Source of the DNA: Candidatus Hodarchaeota archaeon
GTDB lineage: Archaea; Asgardarchaeota; Heimdallarchaeia; Hodarchaeales; Hodarchaeaceae
Assembly (NCBI GenBank): GCA_016840035.1
Contig: JAEOTC010000086.1
Span: 64,001 to 128,000, forward strand
Reading direction: 5' to 3'
Length of the DNA: 64,000 nt
This document shows, piece by piece, positions 8,674 to 19,334 of this stretch; positions within the stretch are counted from its first letter, which is position 1; each line of letters begins with the position of its first letter. A program made the translations under genes and the position numbers. The notes beneath the pieces were generated by a model. It was not told the origin of the DNA. It saw only the letters and a program-made list of their open reading frames with translations, and did no database searches.

Positions 8674-10656
8674 TTGGATTTGGAGAAGAATTTACGCCAA
8701 ATTTTGATGAAACTTCGAACAGATAAGCTGATAGAAGAAAAAGTTCTACTATCACAGCTCGAGAAATTTGAAAAAATAACCAAGCAGAATATAGCATTAC
8801 CTTCACCTCCCTTATTAGCAGTTTTGCAGACTGTTGACCAAAATCAGCTAATAACAGAATTAAATGCAAAAATGGAAGAACTAGAAGGAAAGATTGAAAG
8901 TATAATATCTTCTTGGGAGAGTAACAGAATATCAGATGACGAGGCACGTGGTAAAATCTCTTCTCTTGTGGAATTAAAACAGTTTTATGGTTTACAGAGA
9001 GAGGGTTTAAATAAATTTGTTATGGAACGATTAAATTTTCTTACATCCATTATCAAAGATTCTGGTCAATCTTTTCATGATTTCTTTTTTTCTGAATACG
9101 ATGAAAACGCTTTAGGAATAGAACCAGAAGTAAAGAACACTTTCTTAGAAATTTGGATGAAACATCAAGTCGCTGACTATGATCCTAAAAAATCTTCAGA
9201 TAATCTTTTAGTAAGCGAAATTATAGAGTCAGACATCTTAAAAGCATTCATATTACCAATTTCTGAAGAAAATCAAGTAAAATTTCATTTAGAGGATATT
9301 ATCAAACCCTTCCCAGAAATCATTGATCAAAAACCATTATTTCGAGCCCCTGTAGAACAGAGTATAAAACCTGAAGAATCGATGCAAACAGAGTCACCTT
9401 CTTCCCAAATTCCCCCTGGTGACTCAAATCTGTGGAGATCAGTCGGACTTCTCGCATTCAATACTGAGAATAAGCCAATAGGATTAATTCGAGCTCCAAT
9501 CCAGGTACGAAATGTACAATACTTACCAATTGTGTTAGAGGAATCACTTTCTTTCATGGATATTAAATCAAGGTATCTTTCATCCCTATATGATTTGGGG
9601 ATAGATCTAAATACGACTTCCACAGAAAAAATCCAAAAGAGAATTGCTACAGCGTTGAAAATCCCCCTACAGCTTTCTTTTCAGCCATCATTTTTCAATG
9701 AATGGTTAAACCTCTTATCACCTGACTTAATGCCACTTAAACCAAAAATTGCTAACGTTTGGTTTTACAAGACGAACACAGTGCATATAACATCAGAAAA
9801 TTTGATAATTATTGATGATGCAGATTTAGAAAAAATTACTTTACCTGCTTGGATACCAGCCTCTAGCCCTCATCCTTCTTTTCCTGTCTCAAAGGGTATG
9901 ATAATTAAAGGTATAGCAGGGACCTATTTTGGTGAAATTTCGGGAATATTAAGTGAAACACCCTTCGGTCATTCATTGTTGGTTGAACGGGACATCCCTC
10001 CCTCGAGTTTATTGGATATATTTATACAGGGATTAGGGAAACAAAATTTAGCCGAACTTCGATTCTATTTGGCTAAACAATTGAAAGTTGGCGAAGGAGA
10101 AGTTTTTTCTCCCGATAATTTATGGAAAATTAACTTTCAAGAGAGACTATTACGTTCACCTCATGAGATTGCCATATCATATTATTCAATTGTCCCCTCT
10201 TGTGCATTTTTTATGGCACCTGTACTCAGAGCAAAAATTGGCATTTACTTCAATTCAATTTCCGAATCTTTGCGTTTCTTAATAGGAAAATCTCTGTATA
10301 AGAATGATACTCATTTTGGAACAATTTATGGATTTAAAGTTGAAGATAATCAGCTTTTTGTGCTATATTCTCCACTTTCGGCTGATCAACTGGTTCAACA
10401 AGTTGGGAGAAAACATTCTCATCAACATGTGGATCGATTTCGTAAGCGAATTTCATTAGCTCTCGCTGTTCCAGAAAATGAAAGCTTGTGGCCAAATAAT
10501 CTGGCAGTATATTACCTAAATTTTATTTTTCCAATGAGAGAGGAATTTAACTTGCTACCAAATACTATGGCTGAAATTGAAGCAAAATTCGCCTTAAAGC
10601 TAATCTCTTTTTCGGAATTTGATTCAATTACAGAGGAAGGGTTATTCTGCAGATGA
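8674..10656 (+). CDS. Hypothetical protein: N-terminal coiled coil plus three PRC-barrel-like repeats
   Basis: 660-aa ORF with three internal modules (VGLLAFNTENKPIGLI; KGMIIKGIAGTYFGEI; IGKSLYKNDTHFGTI), each followed by R(I/F)...L.(I/V)....(F/L).P. Confidence 0.7.
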   Translation: MDLEKNLRQILMKLRTDKLIEEKVLLSQLEKFEKITKQNIALPSPPLLAVLQTVDQNQLITELNAKMEELEGKIESIISSWESNRISDDEARGKISSLVELKQFYGLQREGLNKFVMERLNFLTSIIKDSGQSFHDFFFSEYDENALGIEPEVKNTFLEIWMKHQVADYDPKKSSDNLLVSEIIESDILKAFILPISEENQVKFHLEDIIKPFPEIIDQKPLFRAPVEQSIKPEESMQTESPSSQIPPGDSNLWRSVGLLAFNTENKPIGLIRAPIQVRNVQYLPIVLEESLSFMDIKSRYLSSLYDLGIDLNTTSTEKIQKRIATALKIPLQLSFQPSFFNEWLNLLSPDLMPLKPKIANVWFYKTNTVHITSENLIIIDDADLEKITLPAWIPASSPHPSFPVSKGMIIKGIAGTYFGEISGILSETPFGHSLLVERDIPPSSLLDIFIQGLGKQNLAELRFYLAKQLKVGEGEVFSPDNLWKINFQERLLRSPHEIAISYYSIVPSCAFFMAPVLRAKIGIYFNSISESLRFLIGKSLYKNDTHFGTIYGFKVEDNQLFVLYSPLSADQLVQQVGRKHSHQHVDRFRKRISLALAVPENESLWPNNLAVYYLNFIFPMREEFNLLPNTMAEIEAKFALKLISFSEFDSITEEGLFCR

Positions 10657-10925
10657 AATGCCTAAAACAGATTGGAAATGATACCTTAGTAACAATCAAA
10701 GTAAAGACGCGTCAATCAGAGGAATTAATTTTTCGAGAAGAGGAGGAAATCATCATCTTTGTTAAAGAACCACCAGTAAAAAATCGTGCGAATAAAAGAG
10801 TAGTAAATATGATGCGGAAGCAGTTTGGTAATCCCGTATCTATGGAAGCTGGTCATAATTCATCGATTAAAACCTTAAAAATATCTGATATTAACCCAAA
10901 ACGAGTTTTAGAGATTTTAGGTTAA
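10653..10925 (+). CDS. DUF167/UPF0235 (YggU) protein
   Basis: VKEPPVKNRANK ... GHNSSIK. Confidence 0.85.
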   Translation: MKCLKQIGNDTLVTIKVKTRQSEELIFREEEEIIIFVKEPPVKNRANKRVVNMMRKQFGNPVSMEAGHNSSIKTLKISDINPKRVLEILG

Positions 10926-10956
10926 AAAAAAAGAAAAGAAGGAAAGAAATTCAAGT

Positions 10957-12990
10957 TTAGAACTGAATTTCACCCATCATCTGACGACGAGTAATTAATC
11001 CTTCAACTACTTCAGGGTTTGCTAAAGTCATTGTATTCCCAATGTCTTTCTGTTCTGCAACTGCTTTTAAAATACGACGCATAATTTTCCCTGATCTAGT
11101 TTTGGGAACAGCTGTAGCGAACATAATGATTTCAGGATAGACAGCGGGTCCAGCTACAGAGCGCACATGCTTTTGGATAACCTTTTTCATTTCATCAGAG
11201 GCATCTTCATCATTCATTAACGTAATATATGCGAAGATTGTCGATCCCTTTACAGGATGAGGATAGGGAATAACAGCGCTTTCAGCTACCTTTGGATGTG
11301 AGTTTATAGCGGCTTCAACTTCTGCTGAACCAAGACGATGTCCAGAAACTTTAATTACATCATCTGAACGACCTAGAATGAAGTAGTATCCTTCATCATC
11401 AATTTGGGCATAATCTCCTGTAAAGTAATGGCCAGGAAATTGTGCAAGATATGTATTTACAAATCGCTCATGATCACCCCAGACTGTTCGCATAAGGCCA
11501 GGCCATGGCTTATCATACGCGAAATATGCTTGAGTGTTTGGTGTTTCAACCTTACTTCCAGCTTCATCTAATAAGACTGGATTGATTCCGAGATAGGGGA
11601 AAGTACAACTACCAGGTTTCATTGGTGTTACAGCTCCTAAATTAACCATCATATACGAGCCTGTTTCAGTTTGCCAGTAGCTATCAACAATGGGACGACC
11701 AATGGGTTTTTCTCCACTTGATCCTTTTCCTACCACATCCCAGTACCATTTCCATTCTGGCCAGTTACATACTTCTCCTACTGTACCTATCATCTTTAAT
11801 TTTTCTAAATTCCACTTTGTGACATTTTCGTCACCTAGTTTCATTAGTGCACGGATGGCAGTAGGAGCGGTATAAAAGTGAGTTACTCCAAACTTTTCAC
11901 AAATTTCCCAGAAGCGACCACCATGAGGCCAGGTTGGAACACCTTCGTACATAATCGTAACGGCTCCAAGAGCCATTGGGGAATAAATAATTTGAGTATG
12001 ACCTGTAATCCATCCAATATCGGCTGTACAATACCACACATCTCGGTTTGCAGGAGTATCACCTTTGAGATCAAGTAGACAGGAATAATCCCAAACATAA
12101 TAATTTGTGGAAACTCCAAACACTAAATATCCAGCAGTTGTATGAACAACTCCTTTGGGTTTACCAGTTGTACCAGAAGTGTATAAGATGAATAATGGAT
12201 CTTCTGCATCCATCGGTTCACTTTCACAGGTGGTAGACTGTTCTTCCATAAGAGCTAAAAAGTCAACATCCTTTTCGTATTCATACACATCACCGCCAGT
12301 AAGCTTGATAACTGCAACATGTTCAATTGAGTCACAGGTGTCAATAATCCCCTTAAGATTATCTTTCATTGGTCTATTCTTACCTGCTCTTCGTACTTCG
12401 TCAGCGACAACAAGAATTGTACATTCTGAATCATCGATTCTATCTTTTACAGATTCAGCAGAAAATCCTCCAAACACGATCGAATGAATTGCCCCAATTC
12501 GGGCACAAGCCAGCATAACAATTGCTAGATTTTCAATCATAGGAAGCCAAAGACAAACACGATCGCCCTTTTTCACACCTAATGACTTTAATGCATTAGC
12601 AGCTTTGTTAACTTCGTCTGTTAGAGATTTATAGGTAAATTTTTTTACAGAATCGTCTTCACCCATCCAAATAAGTGCTGTTTCGTCACCATAGCCTTTT
12701 TCTATCCAACGATCCAAACAATTATAGGTAACATTAAGTTTGCCCCCAACGAACCATTTTCCTACAAATTCGTCCTGTTCACCTTGTGGAGGTTGCCACA
12801 CCTTCTGATAGGGGGTAAACCAATCGATCATTTTTGCTTCTTCAGCCCAAAATTCTTCAAAGTTTTCAACTGAATACTTCCATTTCTCGAAGTATGCGTC
12901 CATATTTTGAATACGGGCTTTCTCTGCCAATGCTGGCAAAGGATAATATTTTTTTGCTTTTTCTTTTTCTGTCTCAGTCAGCTCAGACAT
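10957..12990 (-). CDS. acs: Acetyl-CoA synthetase (AMP-forming)
   Basis: LYTSGTTGKPKG, TADIGWITGH, DSYWQTETG, GRSDDVIKVSGHR, PKTRSGKIMRR. Confidence 0.96.
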   Translation of the reverse strand: MSELTETEKEKAKKYYPLPALAEKARIQNMDAYFEKWKYSVENFEEFWAEEAKMIDWFTPYQKVWQPPQGEQDEFVGKWFVGGKLNVTYNCLDRWIEKGYGDETALIWMGEDDSVKKFTYKSLTDEVNKAANALKSLGVKKGDRVCLWLPMIENLAIVMLACARIGAIHSIVFGGFSAESVKDRIDDSECTILVVADEVRRAGKNRPMKDNLKGIIDTCDSIEHVAVIKLTGGDVYEYEKDVDFLALMEEQSTTCESEPMDAEDPLFILYTSGTTGKPKGVVHTTAGYLVFGVSTNYYVWDYSCLLDLKGDTPANRDVWYCTADIGWITGHTQIIYSPMALGAVTIMYEGVPTWPHGGRFWEICEKFGVTHFYTAPTAIRALMKLGDENVTKWNLEKLKMIGTVGEVCNWPEWKWYWDVVGKGSSGEKPIGRPIVDSYWQTETGSYMMVNLGAVTPMKPGSCTFPYLGINPVLLDEAGSKVETPNTQAYFAYDKPWPGLMRTVWGDHERFVNTYLAQFPGHYFTGDYAQIDDEGYYFILGRSDDVIKVSGHRLGSAEVEAAINSHPKVAESAVIPYPHPVKGSTIFAYITLMNDEDASDEMKKVIQKHVRSVAGPAVYPEIIMFATAVPKTRSGKIMRRILKAVAEQKDIGNTMTLANPEVVEGLITRRQMMGEIQF

Positions 12991-13039
12991 AATATCGCCC
13001 AGAAATTTCTTTAATTAAAATCCTGTATGAATGATGCCA

Positions 13040-13063
13040 TTGACAAATAACAAATATTGTCAA
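13040..13063. promoter_or_regulatory. Palindrome TTGACAA-N10-TTGTCAA upstream of acs (candidate operator)
   Basis: Perfect 7-bp inverted repeat about 50 nt upstream of the acs start. Confidence 0.35.
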
Positions 13064-13231
13064 GGTGGTGTTACAGAGTATTGATTAACTCTATAATCCA
13101 ATTCAAATTAGTTCGTCTTAAGATTAAGAAGTTTATTTCTTGTATTGTAATTAATATATAACAGATGAATACTTTGTGACCGAAATTGAGAATAACTTGT
13201 AGAATTACATTCTTTCGGATAATTTCCCTAG

Positions 13232-13250
13232 CTGTTATTATAAATAACAG
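13232..13250. promoter_or_regulatory. Palindrome CTGTTATT-ATA-AATAACAG in the acs/MFS divergent region
   Basis: Perfect 8-bp inverted repeat. Confidence 0.3.
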
Positions 13251-13446
13251 ATTACAGTTGGCTTTGCATTGGATTTTTTTTTTTGTCTCCTTCCTGATAG
13301 TAAAATCTAAGTTAAAATACGACTTTATTGTATCCACTATTAATTTAACTTATGTCACTTTAAATATTTATAGTTCGAAAAATTTTCGACATTCAGATCA
13401 TATTTAGAATATAGAACGATTCATATTCAAAATTGAAAAATTACTG

Positions 13447-14760
13447 GTGAGTAAACTGACAGAGACTTCCGAGACATTGTATAATCGGTATCTTGTTGTT
13501 ATAGGTGCTCTTATTGTTCAATTATGTCTAGGCTCGATATATGCCTGGTCAATTTTCCAGACTTCATTGAAGAAAGCACCTTACAATTTGGGTACGTTCG
13601 AAAGCTTATTGCCTTTTGCCATTGGATTAGCAACTTTCGCCGTTGTAATGATATTTGCTGGAAAGTGGCAGGATAAGGTTGGTCCGCGTCGTGTAGCAAC
13701 GACAGGAGGAATCTTACTTGGATTAGGATACATTCTGGGAACAGGTGTATCTTTTTTTGAAACTGATCCTAATTTAACTTTGATTTGGCTTGTGGTCACC
13801 TATGGTCTTATTGGTGGAGCTGGTATAGGATTAGCATATGTTTGTCCAATTGCAGCTCTTGTTAAATGGTTTCCCGACAAAAAAGGCCTAATAACTGGTA
13901 TTGCTGTAGCTGGATTTGGTGCAGGTGCCTTAATTTTCGCACGAGTTGAGACTGCGTTTATCAATGTTATTTCTCGTGATCTAGATGGAAAAATTTTAGA
14001 AAGTGATATTGCTCCTGCATTATTAATCTGTGGAATTATCTATCTTATTGCTGTAGTACTTGGTGCACAACTATTGAGAAATCCCCCAAAGGGATGGATT
14101 CCTGAAGGCTGGCAACCTCCTGAACCTAAATCTACAGGTTTAGGTCGAGACTATGAATGGCGCGAGATGCTCAAGGTTCCACAGTTTTGGCTACTTTGGA
14201 GTATGTTCGTTCTTGCAGCTACAGCAGGATTGATGACATTGGGTATTCTGAAAACATTTCTTCAAGCAGCAAATAGTTCAATAGATGATAATCTTGCCGC
14301 ATCCATTGTAGGAATTTTAGCGTTGTTTAATGCTGGTGGACGAATTTTCTGGGGATATACATCTGATAGAATTAATCGTGCCCCAACAATGATTGTAATG
14401 TTCGCTTTACTTGCATTAGCTATGTTCACATTTGGTTTCCAAACTGATGTCCTCCTTTTGACAGTAATTGCCTGTATCATTGGATTATGTTTTGGAGGGA
14501 ACTTTGCGTTATTTCCTTCAACTACAGCTGATTTTTTTGGTACAAAGAATGTTGGGAATAACTACGGTTTCGTTTTTTCAGCATATGGAGTTGCTGGAAT
14601 CCTTGGAGCAATCATTCCCGCAGTTGTGATTGATGCCATTAAAGGAAGCGGTACGGCAATTACTGGATCCTCATACGCGCCAGCATTTCTAGTGTGTGCA
14701 GTGGGAGCAATACTTGCTGTTGCATTAGCTGGAATTGCAGAGTACTTAAATCGAAAATAA
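13447..14760 (+). CDS. MFS transporter, oxalate/formate antiporter (OFA) family
   Basis: LGSIYAWSIF, GKWQDKVGPR, KWFPDKKGLITGIAVAGFGAG, NAGGRIFWG, FFGTKNVGNNYG. Confidence 0.92.
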   Translation: MSKLTETSETLYNRYLVVIGALIVQLCLGSIYAWSIFQTSLKKAPYNLGTFESLLPFAIGLATFAVVMIFAGKWQDKVGPRRVATTGGILLGLGYILGTGVSFFETDPNLTLIWLVVTYGLIGGAGIGLAYVCPIAALVKWFPDKKGLITGIAVAGFGAGALIFARVETAFINVISRDLDGKILESDIAPALLICGIIYLIAVVLGAQLLRNPPKGWIPEGWQPPEPKSTGLGRDYEWREMLKVPQFWLLWSMFVLAATAGLMTLGILKTFLQAANSSIDDNLAASIVGILALFNAGGRIFWGYTSDRINRAPTMIVMFALLALAMFTFGFQTDVLLLTVIACIIGLCFGGNFALFPSTTADFFGTKNVGNNYGFVFSAYGVAGILGAIIPAVVIDAIKGSGTAITGSSYAPAFLVCAVGAILAVALAGIAEYLNRK

Positions 14761-14793
14761 ATTTCGAGAGAATCTTTTTCTCTCCATTTTTTT

Positions 14794-15327
14794 TTACACA
14801 AGACCTAGTTTCTGAAAATCAGCAATTAGTTTCTGTCTCTCAAGCCAGGCATCTTGAATAGCACCAAGATCTTCTAAAATTTCATTTGTTAATCTACTAC
14901 TGTCGGAGAGCATTCCACTTTCAATAGAATCATCGAATTGTTGAATTTTTTCATCTAATCGATCTATAACATCAATAATAGTTTTTTCCAAGGTGTAGAG
15001 ATAACCTAAATCAAAATCTTTGATCAATCTTGAGTCGAAAAAAGTGCTAATCCCATATTTAGATCCTCTAATTAAATATCGTGCTTCTGTAAAACTGGAA
15101 ACCAATCTATCTAGATCTGACCAGGTTGTAATCATTTGACTCATTAAAGCTGCTTCTTGGATTTTTTTGACATCGTCAGAAGAGGTTGATAATCTGCTTT
15201 CTAAGTATCCTCTAATGGATATATCTGAATTTTTTCTATCTGATTGTTTTTCGTAACACGCATATCCAGGAATTTTATTATTGAGCTTTTTACGTGCATC
15301 ACTACTTTCTGGGTCTAGTTTTGGCAT
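14794..15327 (-). CDS. Conserved hypothetical helical protein, last gene of the MoxR cluster
   Basis: KIPGY..Y....DR...D...R start; 22 nt from the upstream gene. Confidence 0.7.
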   Translation of the reverse strand: MPKLDPESSDARKKLNNKIPGYACYEKQSDRKNSDISIRGYLESRLSTSSDDVKKIQEAALMSQMITTWSDLDRLVSSFTEARYLIRGSKYGISTFFDSRLIKDFDLGYLYTLEKTIIDVIDRLDEKIQQFDDSIESGMLSDSSRLTNEILEDLGAIQDAWLERQKLIADFQKLGLV

Positions 15328-15349
15328 GGTTTCACACTCGAGATAAAGA

Positions 15350-16711
15350 TTAGAGTTCCTCCTCTTCTAATAGCTCCTCTTCTTCAGTATCTTCTGATTC
15401 AGAAACATCACTTACTGCAGTTGGTTGAGGACTTGAACGGTCAAAATCGACTAGAGTATCAATTCTTTGTACAACACGTTGCATTACTGTTCTGGTTTTC
15501 CCGCTTGATAGATAGTTGAGAACTGCTCCAATAAGAATTAGGATGAGTGCCATATTTAGTATTGCAATTGTTTGAAATTCAGGTTGTGATAACTCTAAAC
15601 TGTCCAATAATGCTGGGAAGATGAAGATTTTAATATTTAAGATTGGAATTTCAAGATTTAACATCCCCTCGGGTGCCATGACAAAGTATGAAAGTAAGAT
15701 TACGGCAAACAATCGAAATAACATTGCGGGAACAAAATATCTGATTAATGAGGAGGTGTCGGGTTGGGCTGTTTGTGCTGCTAACTTTGATTCTGTTCTA
15801 GGATCACTTTGTTGAAGATTAGCAAGGTAAGATTGTAATCTCATCATAGACTTTGAATCACGAACAGTGTCCCCTCTTCTAAATACTCGTCGTTCTACCA
15901 TTTCACGAAGATAGCTTGAAGCTAAGAGGCCGAACTTTTTTGATTGCATACTTTGTATTGATTGATCAGTAGTTGCTATTCCTTCTTCTGTTGGGACAAA
16001 TGTACGAATGCGCTTAAGGTGTTCCTGTATCCGTTTTTCACGTTCAGCCATAGGTTCAATGATATTCAGAGTATACGAAGTTTGGAAAGCTACCTCGAGG
16101 AGTAAATATAAGAGAAAGCCTAAAGTAAAGATCGGGCTTAGAATCATTGAAGGTAACGAGCTAGTATCGATCTGGGTTGAAATCTTAATTTTCTGAGTAA
16201 AAATCGCTACAATTAATATCATTTGAAAACCTAAAAACGAATAGATCGCTAATTTAGTATCTCCTTCTCTCAGAAATCCGATACCAGAGAAGAAAGCAAT
16301 TGGAAGCAATACTAAAATGATAGTTGCACCAATAAATACTGAAACGTCTGTGATGATATCAGCCTGAGCAAGATCTAGTGTAGAATGAGGGAAAAACCCA
16401 TTAGCCGGATTAAAAATACTTACAAGCATCTGTTCAATGTCAGTAACATTAATTGTTCCTAAACTAGGATCTCCAAGAAAAGGAATAGCTGTCTTACCAG
16501 AAAGAATAATATTTGTAATAATCTTTGCTACTCCACCTAGAGCACTGACAAGCCCTTGAACAATTAGTAATAGATAATTTAAAATTTCAAATACTTTGGT
16601 GAAGTCAAACATTGCTGGATCAATGCTTGATAAGACAAGGAATCCAGAGAAAATAAATAAGATAATATAGACTACTCGGAAGAAGTATGCCGCACTTTGA
16701 CTTGTTGCCAT
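15350..16711 (-). CDS. Multi-pass membrane protein
   Basis: About 7 hydrophobic segments, a central soluble loop and an acidic tail; 5 nt from the DUF58 gene. Confidence 0.75.
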   Translation of the reverse strand: MATSQSAAYFFRVVYIILFIFSGFLVLSSIDPAMFDFTKVFEILNYLLLIVQGLVSALGGVAKIITNIILSGKTAIPFLGDPSLGTINVTDIEQMLVSIFNPANGFFPHSTLDLAQADIITDVSVFIGATIILVLLPIAFFSGIGFLREGDTKLAIYSFLGFQMILIVAIFTQKIKISTQIDTSSLPSMILSPIFTLGFLLYLLLEVAFQTSYTLNIIEPMAEREKRIQEHLKRIRTFVPTEEGIATTDQSIQSMQSKKFGLLASSYLREMVERRVFRRGDTVRDSKSMMRLQSYLANLQQSDPRTESKLAAQTAQPDTSSLIRYFVPAMLFRLFAVILLSYFVMAPEGMLNLEIPILNIKIFIFPALLDSLELSQPEFQTIAILNMALILILIGAVLNYLSSGKTRTVMQRVVQRIDTLVDFDRSSPQPTAVSDVSESEDTEEEELLEEEEL

Positions 16712-16716
16712 ATTGA

Positions 16717-18183
16717 TTACACCGAACCTTTTCCAACTTGTTTTCCTTTCATATAGGTTTTAATTACATTGGGAAGAATATCATCGGGACCAACATTGAT
16801 GATCTCAACTCCAAGTCCTCTTAGACTATCCTCAACTTGTTTACGATAACCTAAATACTCCTCAAAGATTGCTTCTGCAATCGCTCTTTCAGTAGTCGAT
16901 AAATCAGTTAATTTTGCTTCGAATAATGGTCCAAAGGGGGAAATTACTGTTATTCGATTTTTTGTAGAACGTGCACGTTTAGCTGCCTCTGTAAAGATCT
17001 CAGAATCAGATGATTCCAGATCAGTTAGGAATACGTAAAAGGATGCTCTTGGCAATCTCTGCATGACATAATCCACTGCAGCAAGAGGGTCTGAACGTCC
17101 TTCAGGTTCCACCAATGCAAGGATCTCTAAAAGTTGATGGAACATAGATTTGCTTCCTCCAGGAGGTAGATATGATGTTGGTCTATCCGCATAAGTAAGA
17201 AGCCCAAAAAGATCCTGTCGTTCCTCAGCCATTTTCATAACTAGCATTACTGAACGTATGGCAAAATCGAGTTTAGTATTATACGGAATACCGGCCCCCA
17301 TACTTCCACTATGGTCAAGAAAGAGAACAATTCGAATATTCTTCTCGGCTTCAAACTCCCGAACCATTAATTCCCCTGTGCGACTAAAAGCCTTCCAGTC
17401 CAAGGATTTGAACGGTGCTCCAGGATAGTAACGTGCCAGTGCATGAAAATCGTCCCCCATACCTTTTTGTCGAGTTTTATGTGCACCAAACATTTTTCCT
17501 TGTTGTCTTCGTTTACTCAAGGCTTCCATTCTTCGAATATCTTCGTAAGAAGGGTAACACAATACTTCAGTATAGAAGTGTCTCACATCTTCCTCAAAGT
17601 AAAAACCTAATCTATCATGAATGATGACCTTAACTGGGCCGATCTGATATACACCCCGTGTGCTAACTTGTACAATGTAAGAAAATTCCTTTGTTTCATG
17701 ACCAGCTAGTTGTGTGATAATGAAGTTTTCACCGAGGACAATTTCAAACATATCAGGAATAGCATCATAAATTTCAAGAAAATCTATCCGTTTTCTGCCC
17801 GTATTTTCCACTCTAACGGTAACGTGAACGTATTCACCAGCGAAAGCTTTTTCTCGATCTACCAATCGTGTAACACGGATTAGTGATGCATTAGCTGATG
17901 CTCTAAAGAATGGTAATCCGATAACACTAGCTAGGATTAGTAAAGTACCTAAAAACATACTGTAGTCAACAATAGGTGAACTATTCAGAATTTCAAATGC
18001 TTCTAGAAACTCCATTCCTTCAGGAAGACCAGCTGTTTGATTTGTAGACTGTTGAATTAACCCCTCTCCACTAAAGAGAATAGGAACCATTGTAGTAACT
18101 GTTCCAATTCCCTTAGCACTTAATCCAATTGAAAGAAGTAAGATTCCTCCAATTGCAATAAACGCACCACGAGACGAAAGCAT
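16717..18183 (-). CDS. DUF58 / vWA-domain protein
   Basis: N-terminal TMs, G.GDDF..L.RY.PG...KSLDWKA.SRTGELMVREFE, MIDAS DHSGSM. Confidence 0.92.
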   Translation of the reverse strand: MLSSRGAFIAIGGILLLSIGLSAKGIGTVTTMVPILFSGEGLIQQSTNQTAGLPEGMEFLEAFEILNSSPIVDYSMFLGTLLILASVIGLPFFRASANASLIRVTRLVDREKAFAGEYVHVTVRVENTGRKRIDFLEIYDAIPDMFEIVLGENFIITQLAGHETKEFSYIVQVSTRGVYQIGPVKVIIHDRLGFYFEEDVRHFYTEVLCYPSYEDIRRMEALSKRRQQGKMFGAHKTRQKGMGDDFHALARYYPGAPFKSLDWKAFSRTGELMVREFEAEKNIRIVLFLDHSGSMGAGIPYNTKLDFAIRSVMLVMKMAEERQDLFGLLTYADRPTSYLPPGGSKSMFHQLLEILALVEPEGRSDPLAAVDYVMQRLPRASFYVFLTDLESSDSEIFTEAAKRARSTKNRITVISPFGPLFEAKLTDLSTTERAIAEAIFEEYLGYRKQVEDSLRGLGVEIINVGPDDILPNVIKTYMKGKQVGKGSV

Positions 18184-18229
18184 TCAAGGCTACACCTTTA
18201 CACTCCATTTAATTTAAAGAAATTCCTTG

Positions 18230-19297
18230 TTAATCCTCATCATCAATTTCTTCAATGTACTCTTCATACACCATTTCTTCTTCAACAGGATCAACAGGGA
18301 TGGATAGACTATCTCTGATATCCTCTGAAATCCGAATTTGGGTTATTCCTTCTAGTTCAGCTTCAGGTTTGAGGATTAGACGATGATGGACAATATGAGG
18401 TATCATGAGAATTATATCGTCTGGAATTACGAAATCGCGTCCATGTATCGCTGCACGTGATTTTCCAGAAAGTAATAGACTTTCGCTTCCTCGTGGTGAA
18501 CATCCAAGAATTAACCGTGGATCAGTTCGCGTTGCAACTGTGATGTCACGGATCATTTCTAATATTTCAGGACATACATACACACGTTTAACAACATCCA
18601 TCATTGCTACAATGGTTTGAGGAGAGACAACTTGCCTGATTTTAGCAGGAACAGGTTCATTTTTGAATTTAATTATTCTTAGCTCATCATCAGGTGATGA
18701 GTGATGAATAATCACCTTTATCATAAATCGGTCAAGCTGAGCTTCAGGTAGGGGATATGTTCCTTCCTGTTCAACTGGGTTTGCTGTTGCTAAGACCACA
18801 AATGGCTTTTCTAATCTATGTGTTTCTCCTTCAATTGAAACTTGGCCTTCACCCATAGCTTCAAGCATAGCAGATTGTGTTTTTGGAGGAGCTCGGTTAA
18901 CTTCGTCAGCTAGGATAACATTGCCAAAAATAGGCCCTTTCTTCAGACGAAATGTCCCTGTTTTTGGATTAAAGATGTTAGTACCAACAATATCCGATGG
19001 TAGCATATCAGGAGTAAACTGGATACGACTAAATTCGGTACCAAGACATTGTGAAAATGAATTGGCCATATAGGTCTTTCCAATACCTGGAACTCCTTCT
19101 AAATAAACATGCTTGCCTGTTAGCATTGCTATCCAAAGCATTTCGAATATTTCTGTTCTTCCAATGTAGACTTTCCGGATTTCTCCCATGATTTGTTGAT
19201 ACGCTCGTGCAATATCACTCACATCGAGCATTTCATAGGTGATTTCATCACTTGTGAAATCCTTACCCTTTGCACTGGTGTTACTCATTTCTTCCAC
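18230..19297 (-). CDS. moxR: MoxR family AAA+ ATPase
   Basis: LEGVPGIGKT, RIQFTPDMLPSDI, LADEVNRAPPKTQSAMLEAM, EGTYPLPEAQLDRF. Confidence 0.96.
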   Translation of the reverse strand: MEEMSNTSAKGKDFTSDEITYEMLDVSDIARAYQQIMGEIRKVYIGRTEIFEMLWIAMLTGKHVYLEGVPGIGKTYMANSFSQCLGTEFSRIQFTPDMLPSDIVGTNIFNPKTGTFRLKKGPIFGNVILADEVNRAPPKTQSAMLEAMGEGQVSIEGETHRLEKPFVVLATANPVEQEGTYPLPEAQLDRFMIKVIIHHSSPDDELRIIKFKNEPVPAKIRQVVSPQTIVAMMDVVKRVYVCPEILEMIRDITVATRTDPRLILGCSPRGSESLLLSGKSRAAIHGRDFVIPDDIILMIPHIVHHRLILKPEAELEGITQIRISEDIRDSLSIPVDPVEEEMVYEEYIEEIDDED

Positions 19298-19334
19298 TTC
19301 TTATTTATTAGCATGTATTACAGTATATTTTTTA

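Noticed and set aside
13071-13407. Two short overlapping ORFs in the acs/MFS intergenic region
   Set aside because: AT-rich promoter region; low-complexity translations on opposite strands
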